A DNA stretch of 63,588 nt, filler included, from Neolecta irregularis DAH-3 (lineage: Eukaryota): the NCBI GenBank assembly GCA_001929475.1. It is 7 parts of 7 records of this genome, joined end to end, with 100 filler letters (N's around TTAATTAATTAA, not from the genome) between each part and the next. Parts side by side here need not be neighbours in the genome. Positions count along the whole stretch, not along the records: positions 1 to 11,396 come from LXFE01002647.1; positions 11,497 to 33,633 come from LXFE01000215.1; 5 more parts are not named here. One strand, given 5' to 3'. The translations under genes and the position numbers were made by a program. Position 1 is the stretch's first letter. Each line of letters opens with the position of its first letter. A model generated the notes under the pieces. The model was not told where the DNA came from. It saw only the letters and a list, made by a program, of their open reading frames with translations, and searched no databases. This document shows positions 1-12,414 of this stretch, piece after piece.

Positions 1-744
1 AATTGGATCGAAAAAATCTTGATTGAGATTATCGATGCACAGTTCGAGTGTGCGTAGACCTTGAGTGACCAGCTCGTGCGAACCTCGAAGAGCATACACG
101 AGAGGCTGCATTAGGTGGCTGAGCGAGGGCAGCAAATAACTGAGGCGAACAGGGACGGTGAGGCACAACTCTACATACAAATCTCGCTCGTTTGGCTTTC
201 GAGCGCATTTGAGCAATGTGCTGAGGGATTCTAGCAAAACCTCGAGAAGCGGCAGGACTTCCTTGTACAGCGACTCGTATCTCCCACCACCGATGCTTCG
301 GAAGAGGGCGCGGAGAAGAAGGAAATAGTTGAGGGGTTGTTTTGCTGTTTTGGATGTTTGAAGGGACCTGACAATGATGTTTCTGATTCTAGATTGAAGG
401 ACTGCTTCGTTCACGTCGGGGAATAAAGTGACGGCCATGAATGCGAGCTTGAAGAGTCTGATCATCACGGCTGCTTTCTTTGTATCTGTTCCGCCCAAAT
501 TTTCAAAGTTTTCCATCAAGAATGAGAGCAGGATGGCGGCAAAATTAGGGGACGTAGCTTCGCTTGCGAGGAAGAACTGGGGAATATGAAGAAGGGCGGT
601 ATTATCAAGCATTGAATCAAAGAAGAAGCTCAGATTAGAACCAAAGACTTCTTGGAATGCCGCAGGATCAATGTGAATGAACAATGTCGCAAAAGTTTCC
701 AAAAGATCTTTTTCCTCTTTCGAGCTCGGCACAACGAAATTCGT
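1..744 (-). CDS. TRA1: Internal segment of TRA1/TRRAP lying upstream of the 11396 end; misplaced by scaffolding
   Basis: Open minus frame [27 protein letters not shown]...[18 protein letters not shown]. Bases 1-66 are identical to 11331-11396, so this piece continues directly into the long TRA1 ORF. Confidence 0.9.
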
Positions 745-755
745 NNNNNNNNNNA

Positions 756-872
756 ACCAGCTCGTGCGAACCTCGAAGAGCATACACGAGAGGCTGCATT
801 AGGTGACTGAGCGAGGGCAGCAAATAACTGAGGCGAACAGGGACGGTGAGGCACAACTCTACATACAAATCT
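756..872. repeat. Gap-flanked 117-bp duplicate of 68-184 (TRA1 coding sequence) with one substitution
   Basis: Identical to 68-184 except G118/A806 (AGC/AGT, synonymous Ser). Bounded by N gaps; likely an alternate allele or assembly artifact. Confidence 0.85.
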
Positions 873-882
873 NNNNNNNNNN

Positions 883-1430
883 CTTTGGACGAAAGAGTCG
901 AAGCACCGATAACGATCCCGGGTATTCTGATCAGCATCGAGATATGGCTGGCCTGTTGCATGTTACTAAGATATGAGGCTGCAGTACATCAAGATTGCGG
1001 ATAGCGATAAGATTCGCATCTGAGCCAAGAGTGACCTGGCAGTCTGGAAATGACCTGGTCGCATCTGAACCTGGATAGACTATTCTGCGCGCAATGCCCT
1101 TTACCGCGGATTCAAACTGGCAGTGAGAATAGTCGCATATCGCCGGTTACGCACCCGCGGAAGTAGTTCTGCCGGTTCGCGAACCAGGCGATGCGCCAGT
1201 TCCTGGCTGAATCCAATCAAATGGCCTACTTTCACATCCAGTAGATATCGTGCAACGAGAATATTCTCGCGCAGCTGGTCGCGGTATACATACGCATTGT
1301 CGATGCGAAATTCAGATACAAATTCTGCAAATTGGCGTTCGATTCCCGCGAGCGAGTCTTCGCTCTGATCGAGATCCGGCCGGATGCTGGAGTAGAAAAC
1401 CGACGACGAATCCCAGGCAGCGGCAGACAT
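883..1430 (-). CDS. MCM5: DNA replication licensing factor MCM5, 5' part (truncated by gap)
   Basis: YRDQLRENIL...HLIGFSQELAHRLVREPAELLP|FESAV...IRNLD|ASHISMLIRIPGIVIGASTLSSK. Two short GT-AG introns, the first at 1117-1154. Confidence 0.92.
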
Positions 1431-1515
1431 CGTGGGTGGTTTGTCGCACCTGATCCGCCATTTATCTCCTGCCATAATATCTGATCTCCTGCAATAACAA
1501 TATCATCGATCCGCC

Positions 1516-2304
1516 ATGTCTGAACGCAAGGAACACACCCACTCACGTCGGTTTATTCTAATTCTCTAGGTCCTGAATAAATACTATCCCCCAAACTTTG
1601 ATCCCACAAAAATCATCCGCAGAAAAGGCGGCGTCTCCAAAGGCCCAAAGCAACAGACCGTTCGTCTCATGACACCCTTTAGTATGCGCTGTAACTCTTG
1701 CGGCGAGTACATCTACAAGGGAAAGAAATTCAACGCTCGCAAGGAACATTCGGGGGAAGCCTACATGTCTATCTCCATCTTTCGTTTCTATATTCGCTGT
1801 ACTCGTTGCTCTGCCGAAATTACCTTCAAAACAGACCCAAAAAACGCAGACTATACTGCAGAACGCGGTGCTTCGCGTAATTTCGAGCCATGGCGTGAAC
1901 AGCAAAAAGAAGAAGAAGAAGATAAACTCGCCCGTCTTGCAGAGGAAGAAGAAAATGCAATGACAAAACTCGAAAATAAAACTACAAATACAAAACGTGA
2001 AATGGAAATCATGGATGCTCTAGACGATATCCGGACCAGAAATGCACGCAACGAAAGAATCGGTGTCGAAGGTGCTGTTCGCCACCTCGAATCAGAAACT
2101 CAAAGATCTGCCATAGAGACAGAAGAGGATCGTTTAAATCGCCAGGATGCAGAAATCGCCAAAACAGTATTCGACAAAACCATCAAAACTACAATCACGC
2201 CAACCCCTGCCAAATCTTCTATTGCATCATTCAAGAAACCAAAAGCGAAAAAACCAAAGCAAAACGGCGTGGCTCTTGGTATAGTTTTAAAGAAAACAGT
2301 TTAG
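1516..2304 (+). CDS. YJU2: Splicing factor Yju2/Cwf16/CCDC94
   Basis: MSERK|VLNKYYPPNFDP...MTPFSMRCNSCGEYIYKGKKFNARKE...FYIRCTRC...ITFKTDPKNADY. Intron 1531-1569 begins GA. Confidence 0.95.
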
Positions 2305-2356
2305 CGTTAATGCATTAAAGTTTTGTAATATGTAGTATCCATTCCAATAATCCTAT

Positions 2357-5300
2357 TTATATCCTATTATACATGACCATAAACGACCGAATCAAGCGAC
2401 CCAACTCATCCATAAAGGGTCCATCCCAGCAAGAGACTTTGGGTTTACTGCAAGAGAAATCAAATCGATGATTGTTTGATTAGCGGGAATGTTTGGTTTC
2501 GCCACTTGGGAAAGAGAAACAGCCCTCCGAACAACCATATCCACATTCGTCGCCACGCAATCACGGAGCTGTGGGCTATCGGCTACCGGACGGTGCTGCT
2601 GAGTGAACCAGGTACTATAAAAATCAACTGAAGAGTTTTAAATGATGGACATACATCAATTCATCCCGGACAAAGATGCAAAGATACTGGTCAAGCTCAA
2701 ACTAGAAGTGTTGGTGAAGAATCTTTGAAAATGATCATACTTGAGGTTCAGTCAAACATTTGGCGATTGCCATCAAGGCAAACGAAAATATTCCTTCAAT
2801 TCCCACAGGTCCCATGAAATTTTGGACATTTGATGTAAATCGGAATGGAACCGCTTCCGAGAGATGAAATACCGGATTGTTGGGTGCCATAGCTACTTGT
2901 AAGGAACTATAGCTTGTCCGCATACATGGCAACAGCTCTGATGTCCAGATATTTCCGGTGGCTCTTGAGACAGAAATCTTGTGCGGAAACCGATTGCCGA
3001 TATGCATGACGTAGCACATAAAGGTGAAAGTGGCATATTGATAACAAAACTGCTTTCTAAATAGCCAGTAGTCTTCAAAATGTCCATATGTCCGCCGTAC
3101 GTACTAATCGTTAACGCCAATAATCGAGGCAAGTTACATCTGTCAACATGCTTGAAGAGACCATTGACTTTTGTATTTCTTCCAGGATCTCAATCTTCTC
3201 AAAGATGAGATCTTGAGGCTAAGAATCAGTACAAGACCCTCAGGACGAACAAACAGCTTGTTCGTTGGTGAACGCATTGACTTTCTGAGTGTAAAACTTG
3301 AGAGGATCATCTTTATGCATGCCGGTTTTGTGGCAATATTCTTCGTAAATTCCTTGAAACGAAACAAACGATAGATCATCTTGAATGATTCGAATATGGG
3401 GAGCGAGTGGTACTGCTGTTGGGAGATTGTACTGAAGGTTTCGACGACGGCTTTCTCTTTTCGATGACAAAGCGCTAGCCATATTAGAGGAAAATAACTA
3501 GAGAGCAGTTACCTATTAAGGATCCGGAAAAATTGTACTATTCGTTCCTCCCTCCTGCAATGACGTGCTGCAGGATACTGGACATGAAATGGATGTTGAC
3601 TTCCATCGTGCCCTCGAATCGTAAGTCGACGATAGCAAATGCCGTTCCCCCGAACAACTTCCAATGTAGGTAGAAACCTCAAGATTTTGATGAAGTCGTT
3701 ATTGTTATCCTTGTGCTATGACAATAAGCCCTGGAACTAGCAAACGATCTTGACCAAAAGGTATTGTCCAGGAACTTCAATGTCGTCAAATTTCTGGTAT
3801 TGGAATTCTGTCAAGTACGGACTAACTTGTTCCAGATACTGTTTGTCCTGCCGTTTATCTAAAACAAGTTCAAATCGATCGCGCCATTGACGAAGCCGTA
3901 ATATGTAGGTGTGAAGAGTAAGGTTTTGTTGTATAAAATCTCTTTCAAACGCCGACTGTACGTTTTAAATCCTTACGATCAAATAGAAATTACCTTTAGC
4001 GATTTCGGCACTACCGTTTCCGAAAAACGCACGATATTAGCTTCTGTAGCTGGCGGAAGATTTGAATCTTCAGTCAAAGTCACCGCACGGCCAACATACT
4101 AGTGGTAAGAACAGAGGCTTTAATGTCAAATACTTGAATTGCATCGTTGAGAAGAGCAACCGTCAAACGATATGCATCTTCGTCAGCTGGACACTTCAGC
4201 CGTTGTTGAATTTGATCAACCATTGTCTCCATGGATAAAGCCAATAGCGGAAATGCCGTTTTCAATATAGCCATGATCTCGTCAACATGTTCCCATGGTT
4301 GTCGGGTCTGAATTTGAACACTCTTTGAAAGGGGTGATTCTGTGCGAGCACCATTGTGCATAGCCTGTACTGCTAAATGTTAGAATTTATAGGATTATTG
4401 TGGGCCATACAATCTGAAGGGGACTGTTCGGAAGATAATTCAGCGGGATTTGGTCCATTGGTCTCGTTGCCAAGATAATTTTGATTTGATTGGACGGGGG
4501 AAGTTTCTACTTTGACTATCGGGTCACTGGTAGAACGGCCTGATCGCGCCGTTGCATTCTGCGCGGCAGCATACGCTTGCTTCTTGATTATGGTGTAATC
4601 TTCCTTTGTCGTGCGAAGTTGGAAATGCAAAGCCTGTTTATTAGCGCATCCAAAACATAGCCAATACCTGGGGATAACTTTTGGCAATTTTGATGAGAAT
4701 TTGTCTAGCATAGCGTGCTTCTTTATGGGATAGTGATGTTAGGAGTTGTGGTATGAACGTAATCCAGTACCAAACCGGCACTTCCCCTTTATAAGACTCC
4801 CATCCTTTAGCAATGTTTCCTACTTGGTCGTCGAGGCTTAGGAGCCATAATACACGATTGAGGAGTTTTCTCGACTTTTTATTCTTATAGATTCCAGCGG
4901 CTTGGAGGTAACAACTGACAGCATGACATGCCAGGGTAAGGTCCTCGGGGTTTTCTTTAAACCTACGATCATTATATCGACCCCACTCAGCCCAAGCCTT
5001 CCCAAGAGTGATATCAATTTGAATGGCCGTCGCAAAAGCTTGACTTGCTTCATCTTTCATCTTCAAAGCCGCAAGAAACATTCCTTTGAGAGTGAAAAAC
5101 TCTGCTTTCTGCTGAACACCGAAATAAACGAGATTAGTGTTACTAATCACATCAAGTCCAGTGCTTAATTCTGCAGGGTTTTGGTAGTGGCATTTGGCTT
5201 GTTCGCGGAGCTTGAGGAAAGCTTCTTGAATTTCAATGTTCGGCAGAGTGTAAATCTTGGTTAGTTGATTGATACACACTCCAGGAAGCTGATGTTTCCG

Positions 5301-8300
5301 TGCAACGTGCGCAAACCGGTTGATGATCCAAGCAGTTTCGTGATAGCCTCGATAGGCATACGAGTTTGCGTTAGAATTGGCGCTCTGAGGTAGATTGGAC
5401 ACTAATGGCATATAAGTCCTATTAATGGTTGCGAAGACCAATTGACGCCATGCCACGAGATCGCTCCAAGCCGTCATATCATCCCATGTATTGGGGAGTC
5501 GCTCCCGCCACGATTGTAAAGTACTTTTCAGCTCCTGGGATTTTGTTTCGAGATTTTGAGTCTGCGTGCTGAGAAGACCGGCATAGATCTGGGAAGCTTC
5601 TTGTAATTCAACAAATTGTTGGAAAGTTTGCAGAAGGGGGGTATGTGCTTGATTGACAAAGGCTGGCAAGTTGTTCCACCTTCGTAATGAAAGCTGCATT
5701 CCTTCCTCACAAATACGATTGAATTCTTGAGAGGAATCTCCCCTGACTTGAGCTCTTTGCAAGGCCAAAAAGGCTTCAAAGACACAGCGGCGAGGCGACG
5801 GTTGATCGCAGATGAGTTTTAAAGCAGCCTCCAACGTTTCCCTGTCGGTTGTCCAGTCTGTGATTCGCCATGCACATTCCAATAGCAGCTCGGAAAAGTT
5901 CTCATGTTTTGCAAGGTCAGTGAGGATATCCCATTGTTGAAGTTTCTGGGCACAGAGAACCCAATGATCTTCCCAAAGTTCATATTCGGATTCTGAGAAT
6001 GGGATAGCGCCGGTGCGAGCTTTGATCTGGGCATTTTCGTACATTTGCTGTGCTGCCTCCCACATTCCAATTTGCTCGTAGGATTGGGCGGTATTTGTCT
6101 CTGTAAATTTGCATCTGCGTCTCCAAAGGCCATAAAACATATCATCTTCGCTAAGCAGCGCGTATAGTTCCGCCAGGGCATCAAGGTAGTTGTCTCTTTT
6201 CCCTAGTTCATCGCTGTCTCCCAAGAACGCCGTATTTTGAAGTAGCTCCAGAGCTACATACCAGGAATCGAAAGTTTTGCCAAGGTATTTGGTTAGGTGA
6301 GATGGTAAATGAATAACAGGAAAACTGCAGGAGATCGCCTCCATCAAAGTCTTGATAATATTGGGACGCTTATCCATTTGACGTATATGGTATTCGCGGG
6401 CGAGCAGGGTGACCAAGGCCTTTGTAAGCTCGGAGCGATCTGTTTTGCCGATCGCAGCCCAGCACATAGGGAATAGATCAATCCAAAACATATGAGCATA
6501 GTTAACATCAAGATGTTGTAAACGGGCGATAGGCTCAAGTAAATCACCGGCACTGACCCGAGGAATTGTTTCGACAAAATCCCGATGATGGTCTGAAAAC
6601 CTCTCGAGCGCATCGTCGACCATCATACTGCTAGATTGTGAAGATGACTCCTCAGCTAATGACGCCAGGTTGGAGATACACAGAGATTTTAATTGTACTA
6701 GTGAATCAGTCTTCACAGAGCCAGATAAAATTTGCACGGCTTGCTTGAGCCAGTAGTGTGTTGCTAGAGACTCCCAATCTTGAAGTGCAATGACATAATT
6801 GAGACGGTTGAACACATTCCTTGACATGCTACCATCAAATATTGTCATGAACCTGTTACGGATCTGATAATCCTCGGCTCGAGTACCCATCAAGAAAGCG
6901 TTTTCCAGGCGAACGGTCAATTCTGTGCGAGCCAAAGATTCATCTTCGTAGACATGAATGATCAACTCGAGAAACTGATTAATAAGAGTATGGTCGCCTT
7001 TATGTTCTAAAGTAGGGATTTTCAAAAGAACTGCAGTCTTTTCCTTGACTGTGGGAAAGGGCTCAGACTTGTCGAGCACCCATGCTTTTATCATGTCAAA
7101 GAGCTTATGACAAACAGCCAGATCTGCCGATTTCTCCAACAACTGTACGATCACAGTAAGGAAGGTCCTTCTTTGGTCACCGAGGACGCTAATACGTCGA
7201 CGTGCGATATCAATAGTCTTCAAAGTCAGCTCACTTGCAGTAAGCTTATCCAGCTCGGAGGGACCGACCGAGGCGTCCGGGTTGATCGCTGGAACATTCG
7301 AGGAAACTTGTGAGGATGTTGAAATATGATCTTTTGCAAGTTTTTGAAAGATTTTCATCAAACCAGTCACATTTGCATCGACAATATCGGGCCGGGCCTC
7401 TACTAAAATCGACAACAGCCCGACGAGAAGGGATAGATTCGTGGATGACTGCAGCAAATCTTGGACAACTGTAACGATGAATGCCTCGAAATCCCTGACC
7501 GAATTTTCGTCGACTAGCATTTGGTCTGCAAGAGTGATTTGATAAAACCTTTTTGCGATTTTAAGAACATACTCTTGTAGAGCTGGAGCTTCAATGCGAA
7601 TAACAGGCGTCAGTAGCTTTTGTATGTCCCTCAAGTTATCCAAGAGCCAAGATTCAGTTTGATTCAAACAAATAATCTCCAAGGTTTCCATCGTGCTGGA
7701 GAAAATTGGAGCAGTGGTGTCGCTATATTCTGTCTGAATGAGGTTTCGTTCAAACATGCCTAGCTTTGTGTCAGCGACCGGCCAAGTGCGGCCTTCGAGA
7801 AGGATTCTTAACAAGAATAATGCGCGCATAGTCAACGTTTTGCGATTAGCAAAGTCGGTACTTAAACAGAAATGCACGAGGTGCGTCAATATTGAATCCC
7901 GAAGGCTGTCTGAAGCACTTGATGGTGAGGTATTTGCGTTGTCTCGATTTCGTCGCTGTTCCCAGCGAATGATCAATTCGATCAAATCTAGCGACAACGC
8001 CTTGGTTTCAGTATTTGAAGAGGTCACAAATCCTAGCTTTGGCAATGACGCAACGATATGCAGAGTATATACATCTCGAAAATCGTAAAACATGTCTGCA
8101 TGTCTCGCCATGAAATGATAGATATTCATAAGCTGCGAAACACTCTGGCCGTCTTCTTGAATTAACCGAGAAGGCCATTTTGCCCAGTGGGAAGCACGAC
8201 CATCGCCACTTGCTCCCAGCCTTTGAGGAAGTACAGCAGCAAGAATGTCTAGAGCCTGTCGCACGAGTATTTTTCCATCGGCTTGGTGAGATTTCAGCAA

Positions 8301-11300
8301 GGCTACATAAATCTGAGTGACGATTTTGACCGGTGTTTCAAAGGCTGCGATGAAATAGGCGATTAATACATAAGCCGCCTGTTTCGTCATAACATCCTCA
8401 ATCTTGATATAATTCCAAGCGAATTTAATGACGTCTTTCCGGACTTCTTTTACTAAAAAGGGCCTGTTCTTGACGATCAAAGCGGATAGCTGTAACAACT
8501 CGACACGAAGAAAATCATTGGAACATAGCTTGTCCTTTCCATAGTCCGACAGCGCGGGTTCCCAGATATTACTATGAATGAGTTCGACCATTGTTTTATC
8601 CACGATGTTGCCCGCGCTACCTTCAGTGTCCAAGTTGGACGCAATCTGGGGGTTTAGAATGTAGTGAAAAACGAAATATTTGACATCATGAGACGTCGTT
8701 TCCTTTGGAAATAATTCGATACATTTCAACAGAATTTTCGCCTTGTCGGGTTGTGATGCGGTATCTGTATATTCCGTGAACAGGACACGATAAAGGTCTG
8801 CGTAATTTGGTGCGACGGACAGAATTGATTCTGCAAGCGCAAAGAGTTTGTCAATTTCATTCGGGTCAAATTCAACCAGCTGGAAGTGGAGCTTTATGAG
8901 AACTTCAAAGGCCTGTTCGATTGCGAGATGGCGGCCAGAACCATGGTATTCGGTTTGTCCTTCGAGGCGCATCGCTTGGGTAAGATTTTGCAACAGAATG
9001 TGTAAATTGTCCTTTTGATCGCCGAGACATGCTGGATTATGCTGCAATAGACTCTTGAGAACGTGAATCCCACAAATCGTAGCGCTGGCAAGATCGGATA
9101 TACAAACGGGTCCTTCCCGCTGAATTATTTCCGAGATATTTCCTCCAACTACATCCCTTAGAGGTTCACTGATCTTATGCGAGAGGGCTTGCCACAAAAG
9201 TCTCTGGTACTTGTTATCGTCAAGTCGTGTCTTGATAAACAACCACGTTTCTTCCGAATAGCGATTTAAAAATTTGTACAATGGCAAACGAAATGGACTT
9301 GTCTGGGTTCTTCGCAAGGTTTCTTCTAGCATGAGCACTTGGTCGATCAAATCCGCTAAAAACATGTTTGCAGTTGGGGGAAGGAGATGAAAAACGTTGA
9401 TGATGGCAACGACGATTTTGATGTTTTGGTGCTCTTCGAGGGGTCTCAAGGCGGCTTGATGTAGGACATTTGACTCTGCCCACGCTGGTAAATGATCCAA
9501 CAGCTTACGTCCAATCTCTACTTTAAAATAATTTGTCAGCAATTCGAGTAACCTGGCGAGACCTTCAAGCCCTGTGGTCGATAAACGCTTATGGTCTGAC
9601 AGGTTCATCAAGATTGGACGGAGACCAGCCTGAAGGAGGTCTTTTGGCAGTTTCTGGTTATGTACAAGGACCTGGCGAAGACCACAACTGGCAACCGCGA
9701 CGATGTCTGGATGTTTGGCGTACAAGGACTTGAAGAAAACTGAAATAGTCCGGCCTTTTGTTTGATTTTGTTGGGCAGAGGAATCAGGAAGGGATATTGC
9801 CGTGGACAAAAGTTTTATGCAAGCAATTCGCAGCTCGGCAAGCGATGTCTCCGTTTTATATTTAGGCAGAGAACCCCCGTCGTTAACTAGAGCAGAATCT
9901 TCAGCGTCAGCGAGAGCTAAAACTTCATGGAGGAGGCGCATCATTTCGTCGTTGAGTTCCAGTAACGGCTCACCGAGGGAGAGACAAAAGTCAACCGCGT
10001 CGATATAACCAATCTGCATTGCAAGCGGTAATGCACGGAGCGGCTTTGTAAAGATCGAGACGAAAACACGATCTTTTACTGGAATAATAAGCTCCTTGAC
10101 GGCAGTCCCACTTGATTCTGCCAGGTACAACAGGCTTGTCTGGACTGTACTTCTGACTATTGGATTCGAGTTTGACAACTCTGCGACAAGCATTCCGATA
10201 ATCGTGCTCAATCTTGAGATATCAGTACAGTAGGTTGTAGATCGTTGAAGAATGAATATAACAAGATCTTTAGCTTGATTAATGATAGCAAGAGGAGATT
10301 CTTGAGGCATGTCTTTTAGCACGAACAAGACAGCTCTGGTAAAGTCCACATGGTGTCTGAAGAACCAGTCTTCGCCGAGTTCCAGATCTTGGAGCATCAC
10401 ACGTATACCCAAACAGCCCCCAATCTTCTGGAACCAGTTTTCCTCCGCACACGCGTGACACAATTTTCGCGCAAAAGTCTGAAACATGGGGAAGCGGCCG
10501 CAATGCGCAGGGGACCCGAGGATAAGCGATACGGTATTGAATAGATGCCGTATGGCCTGCATTGCGGAATCCGAGATGCTTCCGAAATCAGATGCGAGAC
10601 CTTGAATGATAACGTCGACTATAACGTCAAAAGACATCATTATTTCCTGGCGCTCCTCGAACAAGAATTCGTCCCGTAGCGATTGCCCCTTTAGCAAATG
10701 CTCGAAACCAATTAGTGTGAAATGCTCATAAATGTCTTTGAGGAACCGGGAGGCTTCTTGCTGGAGTTCTAGAGTCTGTTCTGCAAGGAGACATCCAAAG
10801 ATTGCATCTTTTAGTACACTTCGCTGTGCTGCTGCCATCCCAGAACTTGCATGGATGTCTGCATCTGGGATCTGAGTGGACATTCCAGAAACGGTTGGTG
10901 TATCTTCAAGTGTAGACTCGCTGGCAAAGAACAGCTGGACTTTGTGTCGCAGGGAGGCGGCAAAGTCTGGAGGGAGACTCACGCTTCGCATGAGTAGTTT
11001 TACGGCAGAAATAAGCAATCGGAGTGCCTGTTCCTTGAGTTCAAGACCGATTCTCGAGTTTTGCAGCGTTCTGACGGCGAGATCGACATATTTGGCGCAA
11101 TCAATTTTCGAAATAGTTGGAGCTCCATGCAAGCTAAACTCGATCTCGAGAGTAGCGACGGGGATCAAGTGATAGCCAAGGGCTTTTGGATGCGAGAGAA
11201 AGCGCCTGTTTCGCCCGCCAAGTTTTCCAAGGATGCGAAGACTCCCGTGGCTATGCTGAGCCGAGTGGTGAGGCAGGGGTTTTAGATGATCATAGAGGGC

Positions 11301-11396
11301 GCCCATTAGATCGTCAATTACTGGAGCGATAATTGGATCGAAAAAATCTTGATTGAGATTATCGATGCACAGTTCGAGTGTGCGTAGACCTTGAGT
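2357..11396 (-). CDS. TRA1: Tra1/TRRAP PIKK-family pseudokinase (SAGA/NuA4 subunit), central and C-terminal part
   Basis: 2221-aa HEAT/FAT ORF ([35 protein letters not shown]), then PI3K-like and FATC exons joined by 11 short GT-AG introns. Stop is at 2392 if unspliced, or 2357 if a final non-canonical intron is used. Confidence 0.95.
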
Positions 11397-11496
11397 NNNN
11401 NNNNNNNNNNNNNNNNNNNNNNNNNNNNNNNNNNNNNNNNTTAATTAATTAANNNNNNNNNNNNNNNNNNNNNNNNNNNNNNNNNNNNNNNNNNNN
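11397..11496. other. Artificial scaffold linker (N44-TTAATTAATTAA-N44); also at 33634-33733, 48428-48527, 56359-56458, 61138-61237 and 62274-62373
   Basis: Six identical 100-nt spacers carrying stop codons in all six frames. Confidence 0.97.
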
Positions 11497-11497
11497 A

Positions 11498-11562
11498 GGC
11501 CCCACCCGCCAGAGAGGCTCTGGCGGGCGCAGAGATCAGATTTTTCCGGTAGGCGGCCAGCA
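11498..11562. repeat. GC-rich CCCGCC(G/A)GAG transposon-subterminal repeat family, copy 1
   Basis: Reverse complement aligns with 33398-33465. Related motifs at 12415-12460, 12750-12822 and 14120-14190. Confidence 0.7.
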
Positions 11563-11705
11563 GACTAATCCTCCCACAGTGTTGTGGAAGGACCATAGAC
11601 TTAATCCAGTCCATTAAAAGTCCATAGACTGGACTATGGAAAAAGCCCGGCCCATGGTCCATTGATAATATCTCTTGGGATAACGGAGATAATTTTCGGT
11701 AGATA

Positions 11706-11854
11706 TATTAAGAAAATATTCAATGTCTCATTAAAAGTCTTAAACAGTCAAGTCTATCAAGTCCAAACAAGCAAGTCTACATTTTAGACTTGCTTACTTG
11801 CTTATAAACATGTAAGCAAATTCTACTTGAAAGTTTTGCTTATTAGCAAGTCTG
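11706..11854 (-). mobile_element. Dispersed AAGT/GACTT-rich non-autonomous DNA transposon end (terminus CAGACT)
   Basis: Closely matches the reverse complement of 48242-48427 (with indels); more diverged match to 42151-42238. Confidence 0.7.
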
Positions 11855-12268
11855 TGTACATTGAATATCAGGTTAAAGCCTAGCCAGCTAATCTGGCTGG
11901 GCGCTACTTATGTACACATGGGCTGCTGCCTTCATATGCCTGCCCGCCTTTCCATTGATCTCCTGGGTGGCGATGCCTATGGCTGGCCCGCCTGGGATGA
12001 TCGGTGACCCTTGCTGCTTCTTGTGCTTGACCTGATACTTTGGCGGTGGCGGTGGCAAGCTGGTGGGGATTGCGACGTCGGGGTAAAGTCGTGTCCCCAC
12101 AGGCAGCTACAAGCCTACAAGACTACTTATAGATTTACGAGAATGAGCCACATCATTGTAGAAAATCAAGAAATGTACAATAATAGAAAACCTATCAGAT
12201 AACCGCTATGAATACTACGTGCATCATTTTCGCATGACAAACGTAACTACGTTTATAATCAATGTTGT

Positions 12269-12412
12269 CTATTTGCTCCTTCCTCTGAAGGACCCTTATC
12301 CGTTCCGCACATCTCCTCATTGAGCTCATTAGCTCTTCTTGTGGAGCATTCGATCGATCGCGCTGCGAGGATATTGCTCCTCTGTTTGTCCATGACGAGG
12401 TTAACCATTCTC
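12269..12412 (-). repeat. Fragment of the degenerate coding repeat also at 63412-63552
   Basis: Aligns by eye to the reverse complement of 63412-63552 (VNLVMDKQRSNILAARSIECSTRRANELNEEM vs VNLVLDTESGNILTARSIKYSARRANELNEEM). Confidence 0.75.
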
Positions 12413-12414
12413 AG

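Noticed and set aside
11441-11452. Recurrent TTAATTAATTAA palindrome and ORFs ending in XXXLIN
   Set aside because: Artificial linker between scaffolds; gene adjacency across linkers is meaningless.
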